Assembly: GCA_030593145.1 (NCBI GenBank)
Contig: JAUVHU010000003.1
Span: 9,962 to 73,961 of the forward strand
DNA length: 64,000 nt
Direction of reading: 5' to 3'
Origin: Desulfobacteraceae bacterium
GTDB taxonomy: Bacteria > Desulfobacterota > Desulfobacteria > Desulfobacterales > ETH-SRB1
The first letter of the stretch is position 1; every line of letters begins with the position of its first letter. Both the position numbers and the translations under genes were made by a program. This document shows positions 29,913 through 39,819 of this stretch, piece by piece. Under the pieces are notes generated by a model, which was not told where the DNA came from, ran no database searches, and saw nothing but the letters and a program-made list of their open reading frames with translations.

Positions 29913-29939
29913 GTTAAGTTGTTTGAAAGTCGAATTCAT

Positions 29940-31076
29940 TCAATCATAATACGTAATAGCCAAGTTGTCTCTATGTATAACTTCATCATAAGACTTATAT
30001 CCAAGGCGCTTCTCAATCCTGCTTGACCTGAGCCCCATGATCTTACGTATATCGGCCGCACTGTAGTTAACAAGGCCGGTTCCCAATGTTTTATTATCAT
30101 CCGTTTTAAATTCTACAGGCGCTCCGATACTGAATTCACCTTTTACACCAATAATACCGCCTGGAAGAAGACTTTTGCCTTTTTTAAGTATTGCGGCAGC
30201 TGCGCCGCTATCAATTTTAATAACACCCCTGGGTTTTAAACTATAAGCGATCCAGCATTTACGTCCTGCAAGCTTTTTCTTTTTCGGAACAAAAAAGGTT
30301 CCATACTCTTTGCCGGAAAAAATCTTTTTCAAAATATCAGGTTTTGCGCCACCGGCAATTACCATGGGTATTCCTGCCGCAGTAACCTTTTTGGCGGCAT
30401 TTACCTTTGTAGTCATTCCCCCGGTTCCGAGGGCGCCTGGAATATCGCCCGCGAGTTTTTCAATGCTCTTTTTTATTATTGATACAACCGAAATCAGCTC
30501 TGCGTCCGGATTGCCGCGAGGATCTTTATTATAAAGCCCGTCAATATCGGTAAGATTGATTAGAATGTCAGCATCCATCAGCATTGTAATCATGGCGGCA
30601 AGATTGTCATTATCTCCAAATCTAATCTCTTCCACCGCTACCGTATCGTTTTCGTTAATAATCGGAACAATCTGCCACGCCAACAATGTACATAGAGTAT
30701 TTCGAGCATTTAAGTATCTTTTTCTGTTGCTGAGATCTTCGCTGGTCAGAAGAATCTGAGCCACCTTTTTCCCACATCCGGCAAATGCTTTTTCATACTC
30801 CATGATAAGTCCAGCCTGACCAACAGCAGCAATTGCCTGCCTTTTAGGAATTTCATCCGGCCTCCTGGAAAGACCGACTTTCTTTATCCCTGATGCCATC
30901 GCTCCTGATGAAACAAGGATAACCTCCATTCCCCCATCAATAAGAAAACAAATCTGCCTGCTGATCGACCTGATAATTTTTAGATTCAAGCCGTTATCTT
31001 CGGTGAGGACTCCGCTGCCAATTTTGACAACAATGCGCCTTGCGCAATCAAAACATGATTTTCTGTTTTTATTCAT
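29940..31076 (-). CDS. proB: Glutamate 5-kinase
   Basis: VVKIGS, VSSGA, PIINEND, FGDND, GTGGM, PUA domain. Confidence 0.97.
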   Translation of the reverse strand: MNKNRKSCFDCARRIVVKIGSGVLTEDNGLNLKIIRSISRQICFLIDGGMEVILVSSGAMASGIKKVGLSRRPDEIPKRQAIAAVGQAGLIMEYEKAFAGCGKKVAQILLTSEDLSNRKRYLNARNTLCTLLAWQIVPIINENDTVAVEEIRFGDNDNLAAMITMLMDADILINLTDIDGLYNKDPRGNPDAELISVVSIIKKSIEKLAGDIPGALGTGGMTTKVNAAKKVTAAGIPMVIAGGAKPDILKKIFSGKEYGTFFVPKKKKLAGRKCWIAYSLKPRGVIKIDSGAAAAILKKGKSLLPGGIIGVKGEFSIGAPVEFKTDDNKTLGTGLVNYSAADIRKIMGLRSSRIEKRLGYKSYDEVIHRDNLAITYYD

Positions 31077-32070
31077 AGGTTTTATCTAATATCTCAAGTA
31101 CCCGTAATACTAAATGGTTAACCCCTTTTCCAGTAATAGCAGAAATCAATTCGATCTTCTTTCCTTTTGCAGCAGACTGGAACACATCTGCCGCTTCTTG
31201 GGCGCCTGGAATATCAAGCTTATTTAGTACAACAATCTGAGTTTTTTTTGCAAGATTCTCGCTGTATCGTGCAAGTTCCATGTTTATAGTATTATAAACA
31301 TCAAGGGGGTGGTTGGTGTCAATAGATGATATATCAATAAGATGAATGAGGATTCGGGTTCGTTCTGTGTGTTTTAAAAATCTTATACCCAGACCGGCCC
31401 CTTTATGCGCTCCGGATATCAAGCCTGGTATATCAGCGACAACAAAGGGCTCTCCCTTGTCTGTTTGAACTACGCCGAGGTTGGGTGTAAGAGTTGTAAA
31501 GGGGTAACCGGCTATCTTAGGACGGGCTGAAGAAATTACGCTGATAAGAGTGGATTTCCCTGCGTTGGGAAGGCCGATAATACCTACATCCGCGAGAAGT
31601 TTAAGTTCTATTTTTAGATTCAGTGTTTCGCCAGGTTCACCCGGCTGGGCAAACCGTGGGGTACGGTTTTTTGACGATTTAAAGCGTGTATTTCCCTGGC
31701 CGCCTCTGCCGCCTTTTGCTATTATAAAAGTTTCACCAGGTTTAACAAAATCTTTTATCAGATTACCGGTTTCGGCATTAAAAACCAGGGTACCAATGGG
31801 AATTTCTATTCTAAGTTCTTCACCGTTCTTACCAGCTTTTTTTTTGCCCTGTCCGCCAGTGCCATTTTTAGCTTTCAGAATATTCTTGTATCGAAACTGA
31901 TACAGGGTACGTCTTCGTGATGCCGCAACAAAAACAACATCACCGCCTTTGCCCCCGTCTCCTCCATCCGGGCCTCCGCGGGGTATAAATTTTTCACGCC
32001 TGAAACTTACACATCCGCGACCTCCGTCCCCGGACTGAACAGTGATAATTGCTTCGTCAATGAATTTCAC
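31069..32070 (-). CDS. obgE: GTPase ObgE
   Basis: FRREKFIPRGGPDGGDGG, GLPNAGKST, DIPG, NKLD. Confidence 0.97.
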   Translation of the reverse strand: MKFIDEAIITVQSGDGGRGCVSFRREKFIPRGGPDGGDGGKGGDVVFVAASRRRTLYQFRYKNILKAKNGTGGQGKKKAGKNGEELRIEIPIGTLVFNAETGNLIKDFVKPGETFIIAKGGRGGQGNTRFKSSKNRTPRFAQPGEPGETLNLKIELKLLADVGIIGLPNAGKSTLISVISSARPKIAGYPFTTLTPNLGVVQTDKGEPFVVADIPGLISGAHKGAGLGIRFLKHTERTRILIHLIDISSIDTNHPLDVYNTINMELARYSENLAKKTQIVVLNKLDIPGAQEAADVFQSAAKGKKIELISAITGKGVNHLVLRVLEILDKTYE

Positions 32071-32321
32071 TATGCATAAACACTTACTTTCTTGCGCGAA
32101 CGGCCCATTCGTTCATAAGCAACAATTCCGTCAACAGTGGCAAACAATGTATAATCTCGACCCATTCCAACATTATCTCCTGGATGAATCTTTGTCCCAA
32201 GCTGGCGAACCAGTATATTTCCGGCTCTTACCTTTTCTCCGCCATATCGTTTAACACCACGCCTTTGCCCGTTGCTATCGCGACCATTTTTTGAGCTGCC
32301 GCCAGCTTTTTTATGTGCCAT
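32070..32321 (-). CDS. rpmA: 50S ribosomal protein L27
   Basis: [16 protein letters not shown]. Confidence 0.98.
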   Translation of the reverse strand: MAHKKAGGSSKNGRDSNGQRRGVKRYGGEKVRAGNILVRQLGTKIHPGDNVGMGRDYTLFATVDGIVAYERMGRSRKKVSVYA

Positions 32322-32365
32322 TATTCCACTTCCTTGTAATAAAATACATTTAAAAAATTATACCC

Positions 32366-32424
32366 GATAAACTCGTAAAAAATCATGAAGTTAACTATAG
32401 ATGGAACTTTTTACGACGCCATCA
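32366..32424. mobile_element. MITE family B, internally deleted copy overlapping the rplU stop
   Basis: gataaactcgtaaaaaatc...tagatggaactttttacgacgccatca; both ends match 54390-54550. Confidence 0.75.
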
Positions 32425-32733
32425 GATTTCAATACTGTCAATTTTAACTCCGGTAAACTGCTGGCGATGCCCCTGTTTCCGGCGGTATCCCTTCCGCTTT
32501 TTGTACTTGAAGACAATGATTTTTTTAGCTTTACCCTGCTCAACGATATGGCCTCGAACAACAATATTATCCAAAACAGGCGTGCCGATACTTACATTTT
32601 CACCATCTGAAAACATAAGAACCCTGTCAAAAGAAACAGAAGCTCCAAGCTCTCCTGAGATTTTTTCTACTCTTAAAATCTCCCCTTCCTGGATTTTATA
32701 TTGTTTTCCGCCAGAAGCAATTATTGCGTACAT
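32422..32733 (-). CDS. rplU: 50S ribosomal protein L21
   Basis: MYAIIASGGKQY, KYKKRKGYRRKQGHRQ. Confidence 0.98.
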   Translation of the reverse strand: MYAIIASGGKQYKIQEGEILRVEKISGELGASVSFDRVLMFSDGENVSIGTPVLDNIVVRGHIVEQGKAKKIIVFKYKKRKGYRRKQGHRQQFTGVKIDSIEI

Positions 32734-32960
32734 ATTATTTAACTCTCCGTTTTTTATACAAATTTGACCTTTTTGAAGGCCTCAAGACAATTATTAAATC
32801 TACTATTCTAAAAGAGATTTATGTTAATATATATTTGTTATTTGTCAAGCTAAATTTGTATATCCATTTTAATTTGACATAAAAGCACAAATCATATTTT
32901 ATTGTGATGGTAACATAATCACTCAACCACTCGACCAAACAAAGGAAAAAGGAGCTCTAA

Positions 32961-33770
32961 TTGAATACCTTTTCAAACCATCAGATAATATTTACAGATG
33001 ATAAAACCAGTATATCTTTACGCCACAAACTTGTTGGCGAAAAACCTCTGTCAATATACGTTCAAGAAAAACTGTATTCAATTACAATGCGCACCCCAGG
33101 TGATGAATTGCCACATGTAGCCGGTTTCTGTCTTGGTGAAGGAATCATTGAAAAACCTGATGATTTTACTTCACTGTCATTTTGTAATGGAAGCAATACC
33201 AATGGGGTAATCATTACCCTGACCGAATCAAGAATAAATAAAATATCTCATCTCCTTGACAAACAAAAAGATAACTATAAATCGGACGGCTGCCTTTCCC
33301 GCAGTGATATGGTAAACAATCTTTATCAAAGCATTCAGCCTCTTAAGGCTAAAGCCGGAATAGACATTAAAAAGGCGATTGATTGTCTTAAAAGACTTTC
33401 AGACCATCAACCATTACGCCATCATACACATGCATCTCATGCCGCAGCACTGTATAGTTCGAATTACAGCTTATTGTCTGTAGCTGAAGATGTTGGCCGG
33501 CATAATGCGCTTGATAAAACAATAGGGAAATTATTTCTTGATCACACTCTTAACAAAGCTTCCTTTTTAATACTTTCTTCCCGTATCAGTTATGAACTTG
33601 TCCAGAAAGCTGCAAGAGCTCATATTCCGGTCATTCTTGCAATATCACGCCCTACATCCCTGGCAGTTGAACTTGCATCGCAACTGAATATGACACTGGC
33701 ATGTCTTGCGAAAAATTCAGGATTATACATTTTCTGCGGCGCAGAACGAGTAAAAAATCGCTCAATTTAG
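32961..33770 (+). CDS. fdhD: FdhD-family sulfurtransferase (formate dehydrogenase accessory protein)
   Basis: TMRTPG, EDVGRHNALDK, SSRISYELVQK. Confidence 0.88.
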   Translation: MNTFSNHQIIFTDDKTSISLRHKLVGEKPLSIYVQEKLYSITMRTPGDELPHVAGFCLGEGIIEKPDDFTSLSFCNGSNTNGVIITLTESRINKISHLLDKQKDNYKSDGCLSRSDMVNNLYQSIQPLKAKAGIDIKKAIDCLKRLSDHQPLRHHTHASHAAALYSSNYSLLSVAEDVGRHNALDKTIGKLFLDHTLNKASFLILSSRISYELVQKAARAHIPVILAISRPTSLAVELASQLNMTLACLAKNSGLYIFCGAERVKNRSI

Positions 33771-33784
33771 GTTAAAATAAAAGA

Positions 33785-33923
33785 GTAACTATCAGCCACA
33801 GATCTACGCTGATTATCACTTAAATCAGTTTAACCTTGAACTTTGAACCTCTGAACCGTGAACAGTTACTTGTATCTAAACCTATCTGCGTTCATTTGTG
33901 TAAATCTGTGGCTGAATAGTTAC
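33785..33923. mobile_element. Mini-element with GTAACTA(T)TCAG...CTGAATAGTTAC termini, 9-mer arms and a nested heptamer array
   Basis: gtaactatcagccacagat / atctgtggctgaatagttac; inner aaccttg aactttg aacctctg aaccgtg aacagttac. Confidence 0.75.
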
Positions 33924-33930
33924 AAATAAA

Positions 33931-33963
33931 AAAGGGTTCAGACTGTCACAGCCTGAACCCTTT
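33931..33963 (-). terminator. Intrinsic terminator after dsrP
   Basis: aaagggttcag...ctgaacccttt hairpin with a U-tract on the minus strand. Confidence 0.75.
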
Positions 33964-33990
33964 AAATTTTTATAAACTGTTATATGTTGT

Positions 33991-35151
33991 TTACACGCCG
34001 GAAACTTCTTCCTTAACAGTAACGGCAATCTTGAAAAGTATAGTTAATACAAGAAATCCTGTTGCCCAGACTCCAAGAGTAATTATTATTTCAGGAAGCG
34101 TAGGCGCATATTCGACTACATGATGAAGCGGATTCGGCACAAACCCGCCTGAGATCATTCCCATGCCTTTATCAATCCATGTTCCAATAAACAGTATTAC
34201 GCATGTAAAAGCCAGAACCTTTTCGTTTTTACGGGTAACAGGATTAACAAGAAGAATAATTGATGTCACCATAAATAACATTGATGTCCACATCCATGGA
34301 ACCAATGCGTTATGTCCGTGAAGTCCGAAAAAGAGGTATTTAATGTGATCCATATGACTCGGTATCCTGCTGTAAAATACTACAAAAACTTCACAGAGGA
34401 AGAAGAATACATTAATTATTATCGCATATGTAACAATTTTTGCCAGGGATTGAATCTGTTCCCTGCCTGGATCAAAATTTGTCACCCTCCTGATGATAAG
34501 GCACAAAAGAATTAATAATGCCGGACCCGCAGCAAAGGCTGAAGCAAGAAATCTTGGAGCAAGAATAGCAGTTAACCAGAATCCCCTTCCTGGCAAACCA
34601 CAGTATAAAAATGCCGTTACAGTATGGATTGCAGGCGCCCATATAATCGAAAAGATTGCCAGTACCTTTATCCAGCCCGGATAACCTATATTATTTCGTT
34701 CCGCCTCAATCACATTCCAGCCCACAACGACATTCAGCAAAAGATACACGTTTAAAACTATCATATCCCAGAAAAGAACGGAACCGGGCGTTGGATACAA
34801 TATAACATTAAGAGCGCGCATCGGCTGCCCAAGATCCACGATAATAAATAACAGACACATTACTACAGCCGCTATAGCCAGAAACTCACCCAGAATGGTA
34901 ATTCTGCCGAAAGCTTTATAGTCATGAAGGTAATATGGAAGAACCACCATAACACCTCCTGCCGCAACACCAACAAGGAATGTAAATTGGGCAATATAAA
35001 AACCCCATGAAACATCCCTGCTCATACCTGTAATTCCAAGGCCAAAGTCGAGCTGCCACAGATAGACAATAAAAGCAATGCCGATAATTGTCAGCAAGGA
35101 CAAAATCCAACCCCAGTATGTCTTACCGCCTTTAATAGCTAATTCAAGCAT
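33991..35151 (-). CDS. dsrP: DsrP, NrfD/PsrC-family membrane subunit
   Basis: Multi-TM; TGMSRDVSWG, DLGQP, APRFLASAF; last gene of dsrMKJOP. Confidence 0.95.
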   Translation of the reverse strand: MLELAIKGGKTYWGWILSLLTIIGIAFIVYLWQLDFGLGITGMSRDVSWGFYIAQFTFLVGVAAGGVMVVLPYYLHDYKAFGRITILGEFLAIAAVVMCLLFIIVDLGQPMRALNVILYPTPGSVLFWDMIVLNVYLLLNVVVGWNVIEAERNNIGYPGWIKVLAIFSIIWAPAIHTVTAFLYCGLPGRGFWLTAILAPRFLASAFAAGPALLILLCLIIRRVTNFDPGREQIQSLAKIVTYAIIINVFFFLCEVFVVFYSRIPSHMDHIKYLFFGLHGHNALVPWMWTSMLFMVTSIILLVNPVTRKNEKVLAFTCVILFIGTWIDKGMGMISGGFVPNPLHHVVEYAPTLPEIIITLGVWATGFLVLTILFKIAVTVKEEVSGV

Positions 35152-35158
35152 AATAACC

Positions 35159-35935
35159 TCATACTATGTAGTAGATGGCCGGCCCAGCGCCAAGGTACGG
35201 TTTGCGACGAATTGTATAATTATTTTTCAATAAGTCTCTTACGTTAGAATCAGGATCGTGAAGATCCCCAACAACGATTGCTCCGTTTGATGCTTCCACG
35301 CAGGCAGGCATTTTTCCAACTGCCAGCCTTTCAGCACAGAAATTGCACTTTTCTACAACCCCTTTCATCCTTGTTGGAAATTCTTTGTTCTCCTCCTCGA
35401 CAAATGGACGTGGATCTCTAAAATTGAAACTTCTCGATCCATAGGGGCATGCAGCCATGCAGAACCTGCACCCTATGCAGCGATGAAAGTCCATTAGAAC
35501 AATTCCGTCCTCCCGCTTAAAAGTTGCCCTGGTCGGACATGCTCTTACACACGCGGGTTTTTCGCAATGATTGCAAAGCACCAGAAACGGCAAATGTTTT
35601 ACCCTGTCATCAAGAAACTCATGTTCCTGGTATGTAAAAACATGTTTAAAGTCGTCAATCCAAATCCAGTCGATCTTATGTCTTTTCTCTTTAAGTTTTG
35701 GGACATTGTGGATTTTGTGACAGGCTGCAACAATCGGTTCGAAATCCTCTTCCGACTCAAACTTTCTGGTGTCTATGACCATGGCCCATCTTTTTGCTGT
35801 CAGCGCCTCCTGATTTGGGAATATTTCAGGTCCGTGTTCATCAGACGAAGCAAATGCGTTTAGAACAGGTTTTGCTCCTAAACCAAGGGCTGAAATACCA
35901 GCTAATTTCAAGAAGCTTCTTCTGCTGTTTTTCAT
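35159..35935 (-). CDS. dsrO: DsrO periplasmic Fe-S protein
   Basis: Tat motif SRRSFLK; CNHCEKPAC, CIGCRFCMAACP, KCNFC; ATG 35935 overlaps the dsrJ stop (TGATG). Confidence 0.95.
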   Translation of the reverse strand: MKNSRRSFLKLAGISALGLGAKPVLNAFASSDEHGPEIFPNQEALTAKRWAMVIDTRKFESEEDFEPIVAACHKIHNVPKLKEKRHKIDWIWIDDFKHVFTYQEHEFLDDRVKHLPFLVLCNHCEKPACVRACPTRATFKREDGIVLMDFHRCIGCRFCMAACPYGSRSFNFRDPRPFVEEENKEFPTRMKGVVEKCNFCAERLAVGKMPACVEASNGAIVVGDLHDPDSNVRDLLKNNYTIRRKPYLGAGPAIYYIV

Positions 35936-36333
35936 CACTTCTTCTCCTTCGGTGGCTCTATGTGGCAATCCCAGCAATAAGGTCTTACCGATGCATAATC
36001 GTGGCATTTATCACAAAAATCAGCCTTGTTAGAATGGCATCCCATACATGAATCATCTCCAGTGGAAAGACTCATATTAAACTTCTTGCCTTTTTCATTT
36101 ATATAAACTCTGTCGGCTTCTCTAACAACAGAATCTCTCCAGATATCGAGTATCTGCATGTGCTCAACCTTCATATACTCTTTCGGCTCAACACATTCTT
36201 TTGCAGCCTTTGCCTTGTCTGTCAGTTTTGGCTCAGGCACAGGAGATGCTTTTCCCATGTTATACCAAAAAGGAAATGTAATAATCACAATAAAGATGAT
36301 TAAACCGGTGATTATCTTGTTTTTATCGTTCAT
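35935..36333 (-). CDS. dsrJ: DsrJ triheme cytochrome c
   Basis: CMGCH, CDKCH, CWDCH; N-terminal TM; WRDSVVR. Confidence 0.95.
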   Translation of the reverse strand: MNDKNKIITGLIIFIVIITFPFWYNMGKASPVPEPKLTDKAKAAKECVEPKEYMKVEHMQILDIWRDSVVREADRVYINEKGKKFNMSLSTGDDSCMGCHSNKADFCDKCHDYASVRPYCWDCHIEPPKEKK

Positions 36334-36368
36334 CAGTATTACCCTCCATTACTGAAAGCGGTACCGTA

Positions 36369-38030
36369 CTACCGGCCTGAAAAAGCAGGGCGAACATAAT
36401 ATTCATCAGGATCGCTCTCTTTATCCGGTATGTCTTCTCCACGCAGGTTAACGGTTTTTTCCTTTTCTCCGGGTATGATCAGGGCATTGGTCACCAGTTC
36501 GTGAATACCTGTAACATCCACTTCGGGAACCCAGTACCCCATTAGCGGAGGAAGCACAGCCCTGTCAATTGCACATATACAGGCAAGCATGTTTACACCG
36601 TGTTTTTCATTAACATATTTTACTGCATTCGCTCTCGGCAGGCCTCCGGCCAGCCGCAATTCCATATCTTCGCTTGCATTCAGTCCCGATCCGCTGCCAC
36701 AACAAAATGTCTGCTCCTTTATGCAGTTTCTTGGCATATCATAATAATTGTTGCATACATTTTTTATTACATACCTTGGTTCTTCGAAAAATCCCATTCC
36801 TCTCGCAGGATTGCAGGAATCGTGAAATGTAACCTTTAAATTGTCGTTACGGCTCGGATCAAGATCGAGCTTGCCGTGCTTGATAAGATCAGCAGTAAAC
36901 TCAACAATATGAACCATCTTAGTGGATTTGGCATTCTCGAACTTGGTGCCTGTTATAGGATTAACCGGTTCTTCGAGAAAATCAGCGGGGCCGTTCATTG
37001 TGCCCATGTACTGATTTATAACCCGCCACATATGACCGCATTCTCCTCCAAGAATCCATTTCACCCCCAGCCTTTTAGCTTCAGCATACATTTTTGAGTT
37101 AAGCCGTTTCATCACCTCGTTTGAAGTAAAGAGGCCAAAATTTCCGCCCTCTGATGCGTAAGTGCTCCATGTAACTTCAAGCCCATATTTTTCCTTTAAA
37201 TAGTGGAAAAGTATCATATAACCCATACAGGTATATGTGCCTGGATCGCCAAACACATCGCCGGACGGGGTGACAAACAAAATGTCGGCGCCTTTCTTGT
37301 TAAATGTGGGGTTTACCCTGACGCCTGTACACTCCTCAATATCGTCAACAAAAAATTCCAGCATACCCACAAATGCATGAGGCTGGATTCCCATATGATT
37401 TCCTGTCATGTAACAGTTGGAAACAGGGGTTGCTATCCAGTCAATATTAAGGCCAAGAAGATTAAGCAGCTCCCTGCCGATAATGGTAATTTCTGCGGTA
37501 TCAATACCATATGGGCAAAAGACCGAGCAACGCCGGCATTCACTACACTGAAAGAAATAGTACCACCACTCTTTCAAAACATCGAGAGTAAGTGGTCTTG
37601 CGCCTCCAAGCTTTCCGAATATCTTTCCGAATGTTGTAAAATCATTTTTATATACGGATCTTATAAGTTCAGCCCTGAGAACCGGCATGTTCTTTGGATC
37701 GCCTGTCCCAATAAAAAAATGGCATTTATCTGCACATGCACCGCACCGCACACAGATATCCATGAAAATTTTGAAGGTTCTAAACCGGTCCAGTCGATCC
37801 CTCATTCCCTCATAAATTATCTCTTTCCAGTTTTCAGGTAGTTTCCAGTCGTCATGTTTAGGATTCCATTCCCTCGAATAGGGAAGATCAAGTGTTTTAA
37901 CGCTTTGGGGTTTAGCGGCAAAACAAAACATCCCGTCTTTAATTACCGTGGGGGTATCCATCCATCCGGTTTTGGATGGATTCAAATCTATTTTTGAAAA
38001 ATCTTCATCTGATTTTAGACGTTCTGACAT
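36369..38030 (-). CDS. dsrK: DsrK, HdrD-like catalytic subunit
   Basis: CVRCGACADKC, CSECRRCSVFCP, GECGH, HDSCN, FCCGSG. Confidence 0.96.
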   Translation of the reverse strand: MSERLKSDEDFSKIDLNPSKTGWMDTPTVIKDGMFCFAAKPQSVKTLDLPYSREWNPKHDDWKLPENWKEIIYEGMRDRLDRFRTFKIFMDICVRCGACADKCHFFIGTGDPKNMPVLRAELIRSVYKNDFTTFGKIFGKLGGARPLTLDVLKEWWYYFFQCSECRRCSVFCPYGIDTAEITIIGRELLNLLGLNIDWIATPVSNCYMTGNHMGIQPHAFVGMLEFFVDDIEECTGVRVNPTFNKKGADILFVTPSGDVFGDPGTYTCMGYMILFHYLKEKYGLEVTWSTYASEGGNFGLFTSNEVMKRLNSKMYAEAKRLGVKWILGGECGHMWRVINQYMGTMNGPADFLEEPVNPITGTKFENAKSTKMVHIVEFTADLIKHGKLDLDPSRNDNLKVTFHDSCNPARGMGFFEEPRYVIKNVCNNYYDMPRNCIKEQTFCCGSGSGLNASEDMELRLAGGLPRANAVKYVNEKHGVNMLACICAIDRAVLPPLMGYWVPEVDVTGIHELVTNALIIPGEKEKTVNLRGEDIPDKESDPDEYYVRPAFSGR

Positions 38031-39031
38031 TAGCTCTCCTTTTCCACTGGAAGTCCAGCTTCTATCATTTTTTCCCTGAAATCATCTTCATACTCTTGGT
38101 ATGTATGAAGCTTGACAGATGGATTCCACGGGTTGATATGTCTTTCAGCACGGTTATTGTTCGGAAGATTTCTGGTGGGACTCAAAAATACGCCTCCCAT
38201 ATGCATAAGCTTGCTGAAAGGGAAATATACAAAAAGAACACTTACAAGAAACAGATGGACATAAAAAAGTCCTCCTAAGCCATCCGGAATAGTTGGATGA
38301 AGTGTTACCAGACCCATTGCAAACTCTTTAATACCCACAATATCCACCTTGGTGAAATAGCGCATGAAAATGCCGGTAATAGCTATGCTGATAATGAGAA
38401 AAAGCGGGAAAAAATCGGAAGCAAGGGAAATATATCTCACCTGTGGAATATAAATTCTTCTTAGAAACAAAAAGATTACAGCAGCAAGAAGAACTACACC
38501 GGACAGGAAAAGCCCAGGCAACCCAAGCTGGAAGAAACTATCGACTTTTTCCAGCAACTGTAAACATACAGGCACAGGCTCAAGAAAAAATCGTAGATGC
38601 CTTATCAGCACGGTAAGAAAAGAATAGTGAAATGCCAATGCGGCAAGCCATAACCACTTTTCCCATACATAGGTAATTTTAGCTCCTTCATTCAATCTGC
38701 AGCTGGTATTCCTGAATAATGAGCGGAAAAAAAGTATTTCAAAAATCATCCGCACAATTACGCCGCCGGCAGTAGACGGGTTGTCTATCTTATTTTCTTT
38801 GATCCAGGGAAGCGATTTTTGTTGTCCGCATGTAGAGGGAATGCGAAATGGAACCGGTGAACGCACCCAATCCATTACACGATATACAAACCCCGCTATA
38901 AAGATGAATACAGCTATATAAGGTATAATGACGCCAAAAAGAACCTGAAGACCTGCCCCCTCAACACCTACATAAGCAAGTAGAATAAGAACAACAACTG
39001 CCAGGAGGGAAAACATGTAATTTACATTCAT
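38030..39031 (-). CDS. dsrM: DsrM, NarI-like cytochrome b
   Basis: PVPFRIPSTCGQQKSL, FFRSLFRN, PFSKLMH. Confidence 0.96.
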   Translation of the reverse strand: MNVNYMFSLLAVVVLILLAYVGVEGAGLQVLFGVIIPYIAVFIFIAGFVYRVMDWVRSPVPFRIPSTCGQQKSLPWIKENKIDNPSTAGGVIVRMIFEILFFRSLFRNTSCRLNEGAKITYVWEKWLWLAALAFHYSFLTVLIRHLRFFLEPVPVCLQLLEKVDSFFQLGLPGLFLSGVVLLAAVIFLFLRRIYIPQVRYISLASDFFPLFLIISIAITGIFMRYFTKVDIVGIKEFAMGLVTLHPTIPDGLGGLFYVHLFLVSVLFVYFPFSKLMHMGGVFLSPTRNLPNNNRAERHINPWNPSVKLHTYQEYEDDFREKMIEAGLPVEKES

Positions 39032-39145
39032 TAACGTTACCTCGCTTTAAAGCTTTACTACAAGTCCAAAAATAATTACGAGATCTTTGCAAACAAGTAC
39101 CAAATTGGTCTTTAAAAATTTAACAATCCTGCCTGCTGTATTGAT

Positions 39146-39703
39146 TTATAAACCCTGTGTATCATCCATGGTCTCGGTTACCAAACCGGCCCTTTTAAAT
39201 GCACCGAATGCTCTGTTTAAACGATCATTCGCCTTTATTGTGTAAACTTGTTCTCTGCATTTCACAAAAATATCAAAGGCAATTAAACCAACCTCATCGA
39301 TCTTTAGTTCAAACACCAACAAATCGTTAGATATTTCAATATCTTTTAGTTCTTTTCTTAAATTTTCTCTAATTGCTTTTTTCAAGAAAAAGATAAATGA
39401 AGTGGCTTGCGATGGAGATAAAATAGACTGAACAGCCCTGATCCTGATTATTGGATCAATATAGGCTGCTATAGCCTCATGATCCATTCTGTTAAGAATC
39501 TCGTCAAAAAGAGGTTTTAAAGCCTGTGAAATGGTGGCCCCAACAGGATTAGCAAAAGGATCTTTCTGTTTCTTTAGAAATTGAGACGTATCTAAAGGAT
39601 AGGTTTCAACCACCAGGTCAAACCAACATTTGATAATTGCAGATTTTCTTTTTTCTAATAGATCTTTCAGATTCATGCTTAGGATTGTTCCAAAATTTCT
39701 CAA
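39146..39703 (-). CDS. dsrT: DsrT (RsbRD N-terminal-like domain)
   Basis: KDPFANPVG, IIRIRAVQ; directly upstream of dsrM. Confidence 0.85.
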   Translation of the reverse strand: MRNFGTILSMNLKDLLEKRKSAIIKCWFDLVVETYPLDTSQFLKKQKDPFANPVGATISQALKPLFDEILNRMDHEAIAAYIDPIIRIRAVQSILSPSQATSFIFFLKKAIRENLRKELKDIEISNDLLVFELKIDEVGLIAFDIFVKCREQVYTIKANDRLNRAFGAFKRAGLVTETMDDTQGL

Positions 39704-39765
39704 TGATAATATTAAACAAACCAGCTAATAATTTTAAAGATCACGCCACATGCTTTAAGTTTGGC

Positions 39766-39794
39766 CTTATAAACAACTTCTAAAATTTTGTCAA
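39766..39794 (-). promoter_or_regulatory. Sigma70 promoter for dsrT(MKJOP)
   Basis: TTGACA-N17-TATAAG on the minus strand. Confidence 0.6.
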
Positions 39795-39819
39795 GAATAA
39801 AAGATAAAAATTGCGGAAG

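Noticed and set aside
35936-36007. N-terminal extensions in the ORF track (dsrO; also PPTase, adk, ahbC, rpsA, NIL-ferredoxin, sir)
   Set aside because: They overlap upstream genes or repeat/intergenic DNA; downstream starts have better RBS or family-typical N-termini.
37203-37841. Long antisense ORFs (also 53000-53623, 61062-61619, 19987-20511)
   Set aside because: Fully opposite conserved genes and carry no recognisable motifs.
33991-39703. dsrT-dsrMKJOP as a novel system
   Set aside because: Canonical, well-described arrangement in sulfate reducers.
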